Assembly: GCA_008632985.1 (NCBI GenBank)
Contig: QPGO01000107.1
Span: 62,001-126,000 of the forward strand
Source: Psammoneis japonica
Taxonomy: Eukaryota
Direction: 5' to 3'
Length of the DNA stretch: 64,000 bases
Shown: piece after piece, positions 1 through 11,474 of the stretch
Layout of the letters: the number at the start of each line of letters is the position of its first letter
Numbering within the stretch: the first letter of the stretch is position 1
Program-made: the position numbers and the translations under genes
Notes under the pieces: model-generated
Databases searched by the model: none
Told to the model about the DNA's origin: nothing
The model's input: only the letters and a program-made list of their open reading frames with translations

Positions 1-21
1 GGGCACCCATCTCACAATTCA

Positions 22-2547
22 ATGAAGAATGAGTTTCTTCAAGGTGTCAGACAGCGACAGCAACCGCGATTGTTGAAAGCACTTCAGTGTGATTTTCCTG
101 ATGCAGCCAAGTTTGGCAGTTGCCTTGCAGATCTGCAGCAACCAACAACACCAGACAAAGAATTGCACTGCAAGTTGGCATTGGCCTTGTTTGCGCCTTG
201 CAGAACAATGATGGAACTCAAACCAACAACCCATGCACACCTGCGTGAATTCCAACTCTCCGCAGCAGCCGGTGTTGTTGCAGAGGAAAACTTGAACTTC
301 TTGCAGAACCTGCAGGATGCTAAGTCCAACTGCCTTCATCTCAAAAGCACATCTGACGATCTGCAAAGAAAGACGGAGCAATTTAGACCTGCTGACGTTG
401 CGTTTGACTGTCACAAAAGTGACAAGGAAGAAGGTCTTTCAGGTGCCGTTCAGGGTCAACCACTGGATGCACTCTTGGAAGAAATGGCAGAGCAGCCAGA
501 AGACGATGACATTGGGTTGAGCGACCAAGCAGTTGTTCCTGCACATTTGAGCGGCAAACGTGCAAGACAGAAAGGTTCACACATGGGTGGCTGCAAATGC
601 TTGGCAGACATGCACACTGACCCACCAAACGAGGAAAGCCAGGTCAATGAACGACAACTTTTTGAGAATCTAGAGGGCGGCGATGACACCGATGAGGAAG
701 ACCAGAATGAAGGAGTGCAACAACACATCCACAGCAGACCTCTGTCAAGAGACGACATTGTTCAAGCGATGCTGACTAGAACGCAAAGAACAAGAAGGTC
801 GTTTGAGGACATGACAGGTTTGGAAGAACACGTCGATGTACGTCAAGCAAACGGATCTGCAGCAAGTGTCGTAGACTGGGCTGGGAAAGCAAGACTGGAC
901 AGGCAACAGCAGCGTGCCTTTGAAATTCTAGCAGGAACCTTTGTGCTCACTTGCTGCCAAGACGCTCTTCAAGACGAGATGTCACGCAATGGACTCAACA
1001 GGAGAAACAGCAGACACAAATTCGCAACAAACCTTCGCCGATTGAAGAAACTCGTGGAAGTGCAAAGACGCAGAACGTTGCAACTTGTGTGTTTTTTACA
1101 TGGTGCAGGTGGAAGTGGCAAATCAACCACAGTGGACCTCGTCGTGGAATGCGGAAGAGAGCATTGCTCGCTTGTTGAGCAGCCGTTCACAACAAGCACA
1201 ATCAGAGTGACTGCACTGACCGGAGTGGCTGCGACTGTTCTCAAAGGGGGCACAATCCACCGAGTTGCACACCTTGTGAGAAGAAAGCAAATGGCCGAAG
1301 AGCAAATTGAAGCATGGTCAGACACGAGACTTTTGGTGGCAGATGAGATTTCTTTTGCAAGCAAGAGAGAACTGGAAAAACTCCATGAGAATTCAACAGC
1401 ATTGAAGAGCGAACCAAGCAAGCCGTGCGGTGGCATCAACATTGTTTTCGCAGGTGACCTCAGGCAACTAGAACCAGTCGGAAAAGGAGTGAAACCACTG
1501 TGCAAAGATGCATGTCCCGAGTTTCACGAGTGGATCAACTGCTGCACAGAACTTCGTGGTGCGCGCAGGTTCAAAGACGATCCATCATGGGGAAAACTGC
1601 TCAAGAGATTCCGCACTGGTGAGATTGCAGTTGACGATGTAGAGCACATCAACGAACGAGCAGTTCAGAACGAAGATGATCTGCCCAGTGACCTCCGCCA
1701 TGCCACGTGCGCAAATAAGGACAGAGATGCAATCAACACTGGCCTGTTCGAAAAAAGAGCAGAAACACTGCATGGAAGAGATGGAGACGTCCTTGACTCA
1801 ATGTTGATTTTCAGTGACGACTTGCAGGTGCAGAATGGCACGAGACTCTGCCAACCATTTCTGGTTTGCAACAGCTTCTGGAACAACTGTGGTGAAGGAG
1901 ACGTTGTCATGCAATCAGGAAGAATGGATCCAGTCTTGTGAATTTGCAGAAGATGCAGAGTCATGACACCTTTCAACGAAAATGCAGCAAACGGTCAAGC
2001 AAACGGAGTGCAAGCCACTGTTGACAAGGTCGTTCTCAAACCAGGACAGGAACCAAGACTGGCAACTTTAGACAACAACATTGGCACTCCTGCTGCACTT
2101 GCTGGTCGGGCAGACCACGTTGCATTGGAGCACTGCAACAAAAGCATCGACCCCGCGAAGTTTTTAGTTGAGCCAAAAACAAATGCTTTCAGGGCTTGCA
2201 TCACCAAGCCCAGCCTAATTTTAGAAGAAGGCGACAAACAAAGGCACACTTTCCAACTGAAGGCAACCCAGCTGCCGTTTGTCATCAACAATGCCACCAC
2301 AGGGCACAAACTTCAAGGGAGTGGAGTCCCGCAGTTGTTTGCACACTCTTGGAGCTACACCCAGAATTGGGTGCATGTTGTGCTCTCCAGAGTAAAGACC
2401 AGAGAAGGGCTGTTCATGCGAAAGCCACTGAGCAAGGACCTGCGAAAATGCAAGGTCCCAGAAGGCTGCAAAGCCTTGGTGAGACTCATGAAGGAGAGAA
2501 GCACCACGTGTTTTTCTCAGCAACAGTGTGCAGAAACATCAATGTAG
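22..2547 (+). pseudogene. Pif1-family (SF1B) helicase, probably the helicase part of a Helitron-like element; hypermutated, with one in-frame stop
   Basis: Walker A GAGGSGKST, ALTGVAA, DEISF, GGINIVFAGDLRQLEPV, TGHKLQG and HVVLSRV motifs. ORFs 22-1941 and 1963-2547 are in the same frame, separated by TGA at 1939-1941. No Tyr in the first 639 aa. The 5' part probably lies outside the window. Confidence 0.8.
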
Positions 2548-2693
2548 TGCGCAAACATTGGATTAGGATGCTCAACCACTGCACAACTGTTTGGCGACCC
2601 CAACTGCAAAAATGCGGAAATTTCGTAAAATGAAACATTTCGATCAGATCAGCACATTGCGCAGAAATCTGCACATGCGCCACACAACGTCGA

Positions 2694-3718
2694 ATGGATT
2701 TTAACCAACAAACCAAGAAATGCAAACGCAACCGTCACAGAAAACGCAGCAATGGAGAAAACACGGATTTGCAACAACAAACAAAGAAGGCAGACGAGCC
2801 AAAGAAAACTGGTGAGGACAAGAAAAAGGTGCAGACATGTGCGGAACTTCTCCAGTCATTGATGAATGAGGAAGACGAAGAGGAGATTACCTTGGAAGAA
2901 GCAAGAGCGGCATTTGACCTTGCCTCGGGAAATTTTGATGTCACTTCTGCACTTGTGCAAGACAACACGACAGCGGACAGTCATCATGTGGAAACAACGG
3001 TCGCACCCAAGGATGGCTCAACCATGGAGGAGCCAAAGGCAGCACATGCAGCGGCGATTCCACAGTGGTCGGGGAGATTTTTCACCGAGGAGGAGATGGC
3101 GGAGCAGGAGAAGGAGCAAGCAAAGTCCCTTCAGAAGAAGCATGGCCAGAAACAATGGAGTTGAGCAAGTCACAAACAACCATTTGGCAAAGACAACCGC
3201 GTCAATGCGCAAAATGCATGCACATGGACTTTCACTCAAGCCGCCGCGGATTGAGTGTGGCCACAAATGAGGACTGGCCATTTGGCAAAGAAACTGCAAC
3301 AATGCGCAAATTTCGCACATTTCCACATTCACTCAATCCAGTGCAGCTTGCCTTGGACAACATCAACGTGCACAACTGGACAACATCAATGTGCACAGAC
3401 AGCCTCATGAAACCTCACAGAAGACAGAACGGTCAGAAGCAAAACAACCAGCACCACGCACAAACGCATGTCAGTCATGTCGTGTGGGTCGCGCAAAAGT
3501 GCGCACCGAAACAACCGTCGTGTGCCACAATTGGTTCGAACGCCCGGCGCAAAATGCAGCAAAATGATTGGTGCAGGCAATCGTCATGGCTCCATTTTCT
3601 GACAGCAGCGAGGGCGGCAATCCAAAATCTTTCGGTTTCAGACTTCGATCTAGAGAGTTCCACCTAAAAGAGGAGGAACCAATGAGATTGAAGAGATCGC
3701 ATCCAAGATCCAAGATCG
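2694..3718 (+). mobile_element. Downstream part of the helicase-bearing repeat: small ORF (2694-3164) plus a non-coding tail shared with 42850-43340
   Basis: 3140-3715 aligns by eye with the reverse complement of ~42855-43340 (e.g. ttttctgacagcagcgagggcggcaatccaaaatct). Confidence 0.65.
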
Positions 3719-4096
3719 AAAGTATGGGGACATGCCGAATGATTTTAGCCAGTGGCTAAAATTTTGTGTAGACACATACCAGGTTTGTACGCTGGTATAT
3801 TTTCTACATAGAAAATATTTACTATCCATTTTACTGAACCTATAAATGTCATATCTGTAACGGTTTGCTGTTAACTATGTATAACATTCGTTAATACAAA
3901 AGATTCAGCTTTTAAGCGTTTAAAAATAAATACAAAAACAAAAAACTACAAATAACAGTATGTATATAAAAGAAAACAATAGGGTGGCGTTAAAAGGCGT
4001 TATCATTAAATATATCGCATACCAGGAGAAATGCGTAGAATTATACAGGAGGTTTTTAGCCACTGGCTAAATTTATTCGGGATGTCCCCATACTTT
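3719..4096. mobile_element. AT-rich MITE with ~40-bp terminal inverted repeats
   Basis: Left end aaagtatggggacatgccgaatgattttagccagtggctaaaa; reverse complement of right end aaagtatggggacatcccgaataaatttagccagtggctaaaa. Non-coding AT-rich interior. Confidence 0.85.
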
Positions 4097-4235
4097 GGGG
4101 GGGGGGCGATTTTTTCCATTGATCGTGGCACGTGGAATACGTACGTGACATGCAGTATGTACACTCCATTGCCCGCAGTGCGGGGCCCCGCTCCGGGGGT
4201 GCCGTCCTTTTTTCAAAAAAATGCCCCGTCATGCT

Positions 4236-4443
4236 GGGGGAAGTCTCCAGCCAGCTGCTGGCTGAAAAAAGTCTGCTCATCAGTGCGTTTGGGGGGTTAT
4301 GCCAGTACAATTTTTACGTACGCAAAAGACGACGAGTCTGTCCAGCGTTCCCCAAAACCCCCTAATGCACAGATCGACAGATTCTTTCAGTACAAATTCT
4401 ACACAAGATTCTTCAGCCAGCAGCTGGCTGGAGACTTCCCCCC
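4236..4443. mobile_element. ~210-bp MITE with ~31-bp TIRs; second copy at 45189-49645
   Basis: gggggaagtctccagccagctgctggctgaa ... ttcagccagcagctggctggagacttccccc. The interior matches 45189-45365. Confidence 0.9.
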
Positions 4444-4499
4444 AATGCGTCATGCGAGTAACAGGTAACTCCATAACAGCCAACTCAGGAAGAGAGACA

Positions 4500-5666
4500 A
4501 TGGCCCGACGCCGCCAGTCCAAAAAGCCTCGCGGTAGCCGTGGAGCCCGCCAGGCTCCTTGCATAGATGACAATGTTTCTCATCCATACCATGATATGTT
4601 TGTATTGTTACCAAAAGCCTCATCGGCCGCCACTGAAAGTCAAACGCAATCTCAGCTGCTGTTGTTTCAGTTGATGGATCGACTCGCGTTTACTGGATAC
4701 AGCACCGCGGCCATGACCCACACTGTCTATGGACGGCCCAAGCTTGAATCGGATGCTGCTGATAAAGTTTTCCGGACTTTTTCGTTTGGACAAGAAGAAA
4801 AATGTGCAGATGAAGCAGCAGAGAGACCGGCGAAACGCCCAAGAACCGAACCCATTGGTACCACCAAGAAATCGCAACCGAAAATAAACATTCTGAAAAG
4901 GTTACACGGTGTGGTCGAAAACTTATCGGATGTTGCCTCATATACCTTGCAGCCAACGGGGTATGATAAAATGACAGAGAATACCACAAGGAGTCCGTTG
5001 GATGATTACGACATTGTCTCCATATCGCCAAGGAACGATGTCACCTTTCAGGCTGCTTGTGCGTCAGCCACAGCGGCGAGCATTGTGACTTTGGATTATA
5101 CGTCGGGTAGAGGTGGAGTTCAGTTGCCTTTTCGAATTCGTTCGGCAGATATTAAGGCCATTGTGCAACGAAATGCAACGATAGAGTTACCGTATGCTAC
5201 TGCTTTGCTTCATCCATCCAAACGAAAGGCTCTGGTCCAAACCGCTCGTGAACTGCAGATGGCATGCTTGAGTGTCCATCCAAAGCCCCGCATCATATTG
5301 AGTTCGGGGGATCGGACAGTGGAAGAGGTAGACACGGGGGCCATGGCGCTTCGATCACCGGGAGACTTGATCAATGTCCTCCAGACTGTGCTGCGCTTTA
5401 GTCAGACAGTGTCGTATGACGCGCTGAGTGCATCGGGGACAGCTTTGCTCAATCGTATCAAGCAGGCAAAGCTCGGGCTGTCAGATAGCGATGTTGTTGT
5501 CGAAGTGCTTCTGGAGGGAGAGTCAACAAGTGCAGCAGCATCGCAAGGGAAGGCGGCGCAGTCTGAACCTGCATCCGAGTTGATTCATGAAACGGAGTCT
5601 GCAGATCGCGGCGATAACTCAGGTGACAAAGACGACGCTGGTGATGGCTTCATCACATTATCGTAG
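4500..5666 (+). CDS. RPP30: Ribonuclease P/MRP protein subunit p30
   Basis: YDIVSISP..FQAAC, IVTLDY..LPF, IELPYATAL, IILSSG, LRSPGDLIN are typical of RNase_P_p30. ATG at 4500 is preferred because the upstream ORF extension runs through a MITE. Confidence 0.85.
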   Translation: MARRRQSKKPRGSRGARQAPCIDDNVSHPYHDMFVLLPKASSAATESQTQSQLLLFQLMDRLAFTGYSTAAMTHTVYGRPKLESDAADKVFRTFSFGQEEKCADEAAERPAKRPRTEPIGTTKKSQPKINILKRLHGVVENLSDVASYTLQPTGYDKMTENTTRSPLDDYDIVSISPRNDVTFQAACASATAASIVTLDYTSGRGGVQLPFRIRSADIKAIVQRNATIELPYATALLHPSKRKALVQTARELQMACLSVHPKPRIILSSGDRTVEEVDTGAMALRSPGDLINVLQTVLRFSQTVSYDALSASGTALLNRIKQAKLGLSDSDVVVEVLLEGESTSAAASQGKAAQSEPASELIHETESADRGDNSGDKDDAGDGFITLS

Positions 5667-5979
5667 AATGTGCCTTGTAATGCAGATGCGAGACCCAAAT
5701 CTAGAGGGTAGACATCTCTTCAACGATACCGGGTGGTGTTGGAGATCAAGAAAGGCGATCGCAGCAGTATGCAAGATCAGTTGATAAGAGAACAGTTACG
5801 ATGTTAAAGAATTCTTTTACTTTCTAGTAAGAGCAAGAGTTAACACCGAGTGTGTTTGTAGAGTTCGATTCTTCAGCCACTCGTTTAAGTTCTTCAATTA
5901 CGATCACCAGTCGAGGGCGTGGGCTCTACAGCTCAGTTGAAAAACAAAAGACGGCGTAGAAGCAAGGTAGGAGGGCGCC

Positions 5980-7647
5980 CTATCTTGCAGAAACCTCTTC
6001 AATGGACACTGCCGCACCTGCGCTGTCCTGGTTGTGATCCATGTCATTTGCGTGTTCGTCTGCTTCCAGACTCATCAAGGCTTTGGCTGCCGCCTCAATC
6101 GTCTCGTCGGTTTTACAAAAAGCTATACGTACAAAACCATCTGACGCACCCTCCGCTGCCCTTTCCTTTGAGAAAAAGGGACTGGCCGGTATGCACAAGA
6201 TCCCCTTTTCTTCCGCCATCCACTGGCATAATGCCCAATCCTGTCGCGCAATGCCACCGGGTGCAGCTGGATTTTCTGCCATGATGCTTTCCGGTGGGAT
6301 AGCTCTTTGAATGCCTCTGCCAATGCGAGCAAATATGAAAAATCCGCCACCAGGACTTCTTGTATAGTCTGGAATTGCAAAGCCAGCTCTGGTCAGTGCG
6401 CTGCCCAATAAATCTCTCTTTCTAGTGTACTTTGCCTTGAGATAGTGGTAATACGAGTCGTATCCATCATACGGTTCGTCCGCACGTGGCAACGACCGCG
6501 CCAATGCCTCTTGAATAACTGTCGAGGCACAAAATTGAACATAAGGCAGCAATTGGTGAATGGGAGAGATGAGATGCTGTGCCCCTATACACCAACCAAC
6601 CTGCCAACCTGTTGCCGAAAAGGTTTTCCCGGCTGACGAGATCGTAATTGTGCGATTCCACATGTCCGGAAGTGCAGCAAAATGAATGTGGCCTTCGCAG
6701 AGAGCCGACTCGCCCGCGTGGGAATCGCCATTTGTTGTTGGTGAAGAATCTTTTGCTGGAGAATGCACAATGTACTTGTACACTTCATCCGAAAGAACGA
6801 CGCAATCAGATGGTGCGGTCTTCACTGCGGATGCGATCATTTCCATTTCATTCCTTGTAAACACCTTTCCTGTCGGATTGTGTGGAGAGTTGAGAACGAT
6901 AGCCCGAGTCTTGGATGTAATTGCCTTTTCCAAATTGTGTGATTCTAAAATCCATTCACCGCCCGTAACAATGTCATCGTCGTTGCTTTCTGTTTCGTAC
7001 GGGGAAAAGGTAAGAGGGACAAAAACCGGGGTTCCCCCCGCAAGCTTCACTTGATTGACGTACAAGTCAAAGAAAGGCTCAAACAAGATAACTTCATCAC
7101 CTGGTTTGATCAATGTCTGCAGGCTCAGGTATAGCGCCTGGCTTGCACCGATTGTCACCGCCACTTCCGACATGGCATCCACGTCTCGTTTCAAATGTAT
7201 CGAATAGCGCCGCGCCAACTGCTTTACGAGATTGGGGTGTCCCGCTGTACGTGTGTACTGATGAGGGCTTTGAGCCGAGTCCAAGGCAGCTTCCACAAGA
7301 CTGTCGACGGCGAACTTGGGTGGCAACCAATCTGGAAAGCCTTGGCCCAGATTTGCAACTTTGTGCTCTTGCGATAATCGCCCAAACTCTGACCAGACAG
7401 TCGGCCCTGTCATGGTTCCCAAACGTCTTGTTGCCTCTCCCATACTGTCCCCAGGAAACACTTCCACCGATTCTGCCGATGGATCGGAAGAACACGCGCC
7501 GTCGAAGCATGGCGCATGATCTGCCTCATGCTTCTCTTCGCCGTGGCCATTCAAGCGGAAAGCTTTCAAAGACCGCGTTTGAGGTGCGAAAGCGAACCCA
7601 AACGACACATATGCGGTGATGAGAAGGCCTATCGATCTTGAACGCAT
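5980..7647 (-). CDS. PLP-dependent class I aminotransferase (kynurenine/glutamine aminotransferase-like), probably plastid-targeted
   Basis: NLGQGFPD, LNSPHNPTGKVF, SDEVY, SAGKTFSATGWQVGW, FVRIAFCK. N-terminal signal peptide followed by AFAP (diatom bipartite targeting). Confidence 0.9.
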   Translation of the reverse strand: MRSRSIGLLITAYVSFGFAFAPQTRSLKAFRLNGHGEEKHEADHAPCFDGACSSDPSAESVEVFPGDSMGEATRRLGTMTGPTVWSEFGRLSQEHKVANLGQGFPDWLPPKFAVDSLVEAALDSAQSPHQYTRTAGHPNLVKQLARRYSIHLKRDVDAMSEVAVTIGASQALYLSLQTLIKPGDEVILFEPFFDLYVNQVKLAGGTPVFVPLTFSPYETESNDDDIVTGGEWILESHNLEKAITSKTRAIVLNSPHNPTGKVFTRNEMEMIASAVKTAPSDCVVLSDEVYKYIVHSPAKDSSPTTNGDSHAGESALCEGHIHFAALPDMWNRTITISSAGKTFSATGWQVGWCIGAQHLISPIHQLLPYVQFCASTVIQEALARSLPRADEPYDGYDSYYHYLKAKYTRKRDLLGSALTRAGFAIPDYTRSPGGGFFIFARIGRGIQRAIPPESIMAENPAAPGGIARQDWALCQWMAEEKGILCIPASPFFSKERAAEGASDGFVRIAFCKTDETIEAAAKALMSLEADEHANDMDHNQDSAGAAVSIEEVSAR

Positions 7648-8234
7648 TCTGGGTTGCATCAATCTACCACAAGTAGGAAAAGGTTCGATGAGATGCTTTT
7701 GTGGACGATGCAGCAGCAAGAAAGCGGCTCATTTATTTGCAACACATCGTCAGCAATGAAAGAACTCCATCCGACATAAAACCACGCAAAAACGGCGCTG
7801 ACGCAAACGTGTACTGACGCCCGCCAGACGCCGCACACCCGGAAGTGGGCAGTCGTTAGTCCCCTCTGACCTCCGAACCGATGGACAGCTCTCTCTACGT
7901 ACGGTGGTAGAGGGAGCAGTAGAGAGAGAGAGAGAGAGGAGAGAGTGTTAGCTAGACTAGAGTTAGACTGATTTGAGTCTAAGCTGGAGCTGGGGCCTGG
8001 CCACTGAGCCAAAGAGAGATTGCTCGAGTGCTGATTGAGCTGACCAGAGCCAGAGCTGGGACCAACGAATTCGATCGAAGCAGGCCAGAGCTGGAGAATG
8101 GATCAGTGTCAACAACCATTGCTTTTCTCTTTTTAGGATCAATGCTTCTTCCAGATGTTTGCAGAACTTCCATCACACAAGAATGCAGTGAAAGCAGAGC
8201 AACGAAACAATGCGGAGGCTGTCGCACATCATGA

Positions 8235-8689
8235 CAAACAACTTGGAGTGTGACCCAACTGTCCCCAGCGGGAGCCCCAATTGACGGAACATTTGAACTC
8301 CCAACTTTGATCTCCACTCTCTTTTCTTGATTGCAATTGTCACCAGCATTGATGAAGGGAACAAGAGAAGCTGTCGCTCCACTGCTGCATCTGCTCATCA
8401 TTCAACGGCGCACTCAGCTTCGTCGTTGTGGCAGGTGCAAAGCCCCTGTCCAGAACCTTTCACCAAACAACTTGGAGTGTGACCCAACCGTTCCTCACGG
8501 GAATCCCAAACGACGGAACATTTGAACTCCCAACTTTGATCCACTCTCTTTTCTTGATTGCAATTATCACCAGCGTCGATGAAGGAACAAGAAAAGCCAT
8601 CGCTCCATCACTACGTCTGCTCATTATTCAACGGCGCACCCAGCTTCATCGTTGCGGCAGGTGCACAGCCCCCCTCCAGAACCTTTCAC
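8235..8689. repeat. Tandem duplication of a ~229-bp unit
   Basis: Units start at 8235 and 8464 (caaacaacttggagtgtgacccaac...ccagaacctttcac). Confidence 0.9.
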
Positions 8690-8772
8690 TGCCTTGCCGA
8701 CAGTCGTCAAACGTACGGGATCTCTTCTTTTCTGTGTTGCAGCACAACAAACTTTCACGTTGTCGGTGAATT

Positions 8773-10899
8773 CTAAAATATTTCTTCATTCACATCGCTA
8801 AAGATCGAATCTTGTGACCGCAGGGAACCATGTTCATCGTCATTCCTGACACTGTTCAACTTGTTACCAGACCTCCGATCCAAAACATTCATCAGTACTC
8901 CCACACTGAAACCCACCAAAGCGCACGCCACAAAGAAGAGCTCGACAAAAGGAATGTACTTGTTTCCATCGGCGTTGTATATCGCGGCAATGACCAAGGG
9001 GAACAAAGATAAGCCCACATTCTGGACCGAAACAATGACGCCAAAAGCAGTGCCTGTTACGCTTTCCTCTACCGTAAGCGGGACACTTGGCCAAAGAACC
9101 GCAGCGTAGAGGGCATACGCAATCCCCTGGCCAACAAGTGGCACGGTGGGAGGCACCACTGTAAGTCCCAGAAGCAAGTGGACAAAAACAAGAACAAGAG
9201 AAGACAAAGAGGCGAGTATAGCTCTCTTGCCAATCTTGTCCACGACATGACCCAAGATCGGGGAGAGAATTGAAGACATGAAATACGGAATTGACATGAC
9301 TCGACCAGCCTTTTCTGTTGCAGCCTGCTCCGCATCACAGTAGTCCTTGGTGCATCCCAAGGCCCAGAACTGATGGTTGCAGTCAATGTCTTTCGACGAT
9401 AACGAATCAACAACATGGGTAGAGTTGTCTTTTGGATCTGTAACGTTGAGGGAGGTCGGGATAACCGGTGCAAAGTTGTGGGAAGGACAAGTGTTGCCGT
9501 TGCTATCGATGGAATCATTGGTGTGGTCCTGAAGGCTACCGCTCGTGCATTGGTCCGGAAACGGAAGCTTACAATCACCCGGCGGTTTCTTAAAGTAGTT
9601 GTGCTCCATCAAAATTCCTGAAGCCACGTTATTAAAAGGCAAAACGCACCCATAGACCACCAAGCAAGAAATGGAGAGAAGCCAGAAGAGCGGTCCAAAC
9701 CTCAACACGTCCGAGACATGAACGGGTTTGTTCTGTTGGCCCTCTTCGTTCTCTTGTTCTCCCTTCTCGCGAGCTGACAGCAAGGGCTCGGACAAACTTG
9801 TTTCTCTTTCATTTTCTCGTCTCAATCTCGATGAGTGTCTCTGATCAATGTATAGAATGAGGAAAGCCACAATGGTTGATATGGAATTGAGAATAACGCC
9901 CGTCCACAACGCCCATGGTGTGGTGGCTTTGTGCGCAACGTGGGGGCTCAAGAAGTTATTAAAAACCGATCCAAGTCGACTGATAGCGATAGCAACACCA
10001 AAGGAAAACGCAACCTCGCCGCCGGCAAACCAACTCGAGAGTAGGGTAGAGTAGGCAACACAGCTACTTTCGCCACCAAATCCATAAACAGTCCGTCCCA
10101 ATAACATGATCCACCAGTTTCGTTGTGTTGTTCCAATGGCAAACAAGAATTGACCAACAAGAGCAAGCCCTGCGCATCCAAATAGACATTGGGAAGCTCC
10201 AAGTCGATCCACAATGGTCCCGGCGAAGAACGGGAGAATCATGTTGGGGATGGAATAAACGCTGTAGAGGAGATTGAATCGAATTTCAAATTTCTGGTTT
10301 GGTGGCATGTAATCCTGAAGCTCCTGATGAAGAGCGGCGGGAATGTCAAGACTAGAGAGGTAACAATATAAAGGAAACAAACGATGTGATCGGGACAACT
10401 TTTGAAGAGGTAGCAAAGGCAGGAGATACTTCAGGCAGTATTTTTATACTCACGAGTAGTAGATGCCAGTCATCACCACGCAAATGAGAATCAGAATTAT
10501 CCATCGCTGTGTGGGCCTTGTTGTCTCTGAAGAATCTTGATTGCCATCATGTATCTGCACGAAGAAGTTTGAAGGGTCCTCCATTTCCTCAAGATTTGCT
10601 ACGTTGGAACTGGTATTTGCCGCGTTACTACTTGGACCTTGCTGTGGAGTTTCAGTATCATGATGTTCCAAATGGCTGAAAGAATTGCCCTCTGCAAGAA
10701 AAGAATCCTTTTCCGAGTCCAGGTTATCGAGCTCGTCCGGTGATTTCCAAGTGAAACTATCCGCGCTGGTCATGACTGCTAGACTTCCGACAGCTTCCCA
10801 GTTCCCTGCTTCGATTGCCTCATTTATTTCCTTTTTCCTCTCCTGAAACCTTTTCTTTTCCTCAGTTGCATCTTTACCATTGAAACGGTCTTCTGGCAT
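8773..10899 (-). CDS. Major facilitator superfamily transporter (MFSD1-like), 2 exons; intron 10352-10453
   Basis: FNLLYSVYSIPN, GRTVYGFGGES, VDKIGKR and multiple TM segments. A GT(GAGT)...CTAG intron joins YY-S-LDIPAAL in frame. Confidence 0.9.
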
Positions 10900-11474
10900 G
10901 GTTGGCTGTGGCTATGGAGAGCTGTTCGTTTTGATCTCTGATGTGCTTTTTCGCTGGGCGCTACTGGGGCCTGGGGCGTTTCACGTTGCGGGTTTCACGT
11001 TCACGGCGGCGGCTTTGAGTCGCATTTGTCGTTTGAGTCGTGGGACGAGCAGATTTGCCGAGTGGCGAAGTTTGACTCATTCGACTAAAACCATCGCGAA
11101 ATGGGAAAAAATGAGCGAAGGGGGCGGAGATCCAATAATTGATAATCGGTTGCTGACTTGGTGCTCTAGAGTAGCTCTACTCTAGCTAGTAGCAACCACG
11201 AAAGACCAAGCACTAAAATTGTGCAAGCAGGAAGGGGAATTTTTGTCAAACCACTGTAGTACTTGTTCAAGTGCAATGGAAAATGCAAAAATTCTATCTC
11301 GATATGAGCACATCTCCCACAAGCGAAAACACAAGAAGTGCGTGCGTTGCGCGGTGACGCGCTTTGTGCAGCTAAGTCGTGCCTTACAAAACTTTCCACC
11401 TCCATGAGGATGATTTAGGAACAATATAGCTATGCTGCTCGGCGGCACCTACGAACGATAGACTGCCTTCGTCA

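Noticed and set aside
4299..4499. N-terminal extension of RPP30 in the ORF track
   Set aside because: It is translated MITE sequence; ATG at 4500 is the plausible start.
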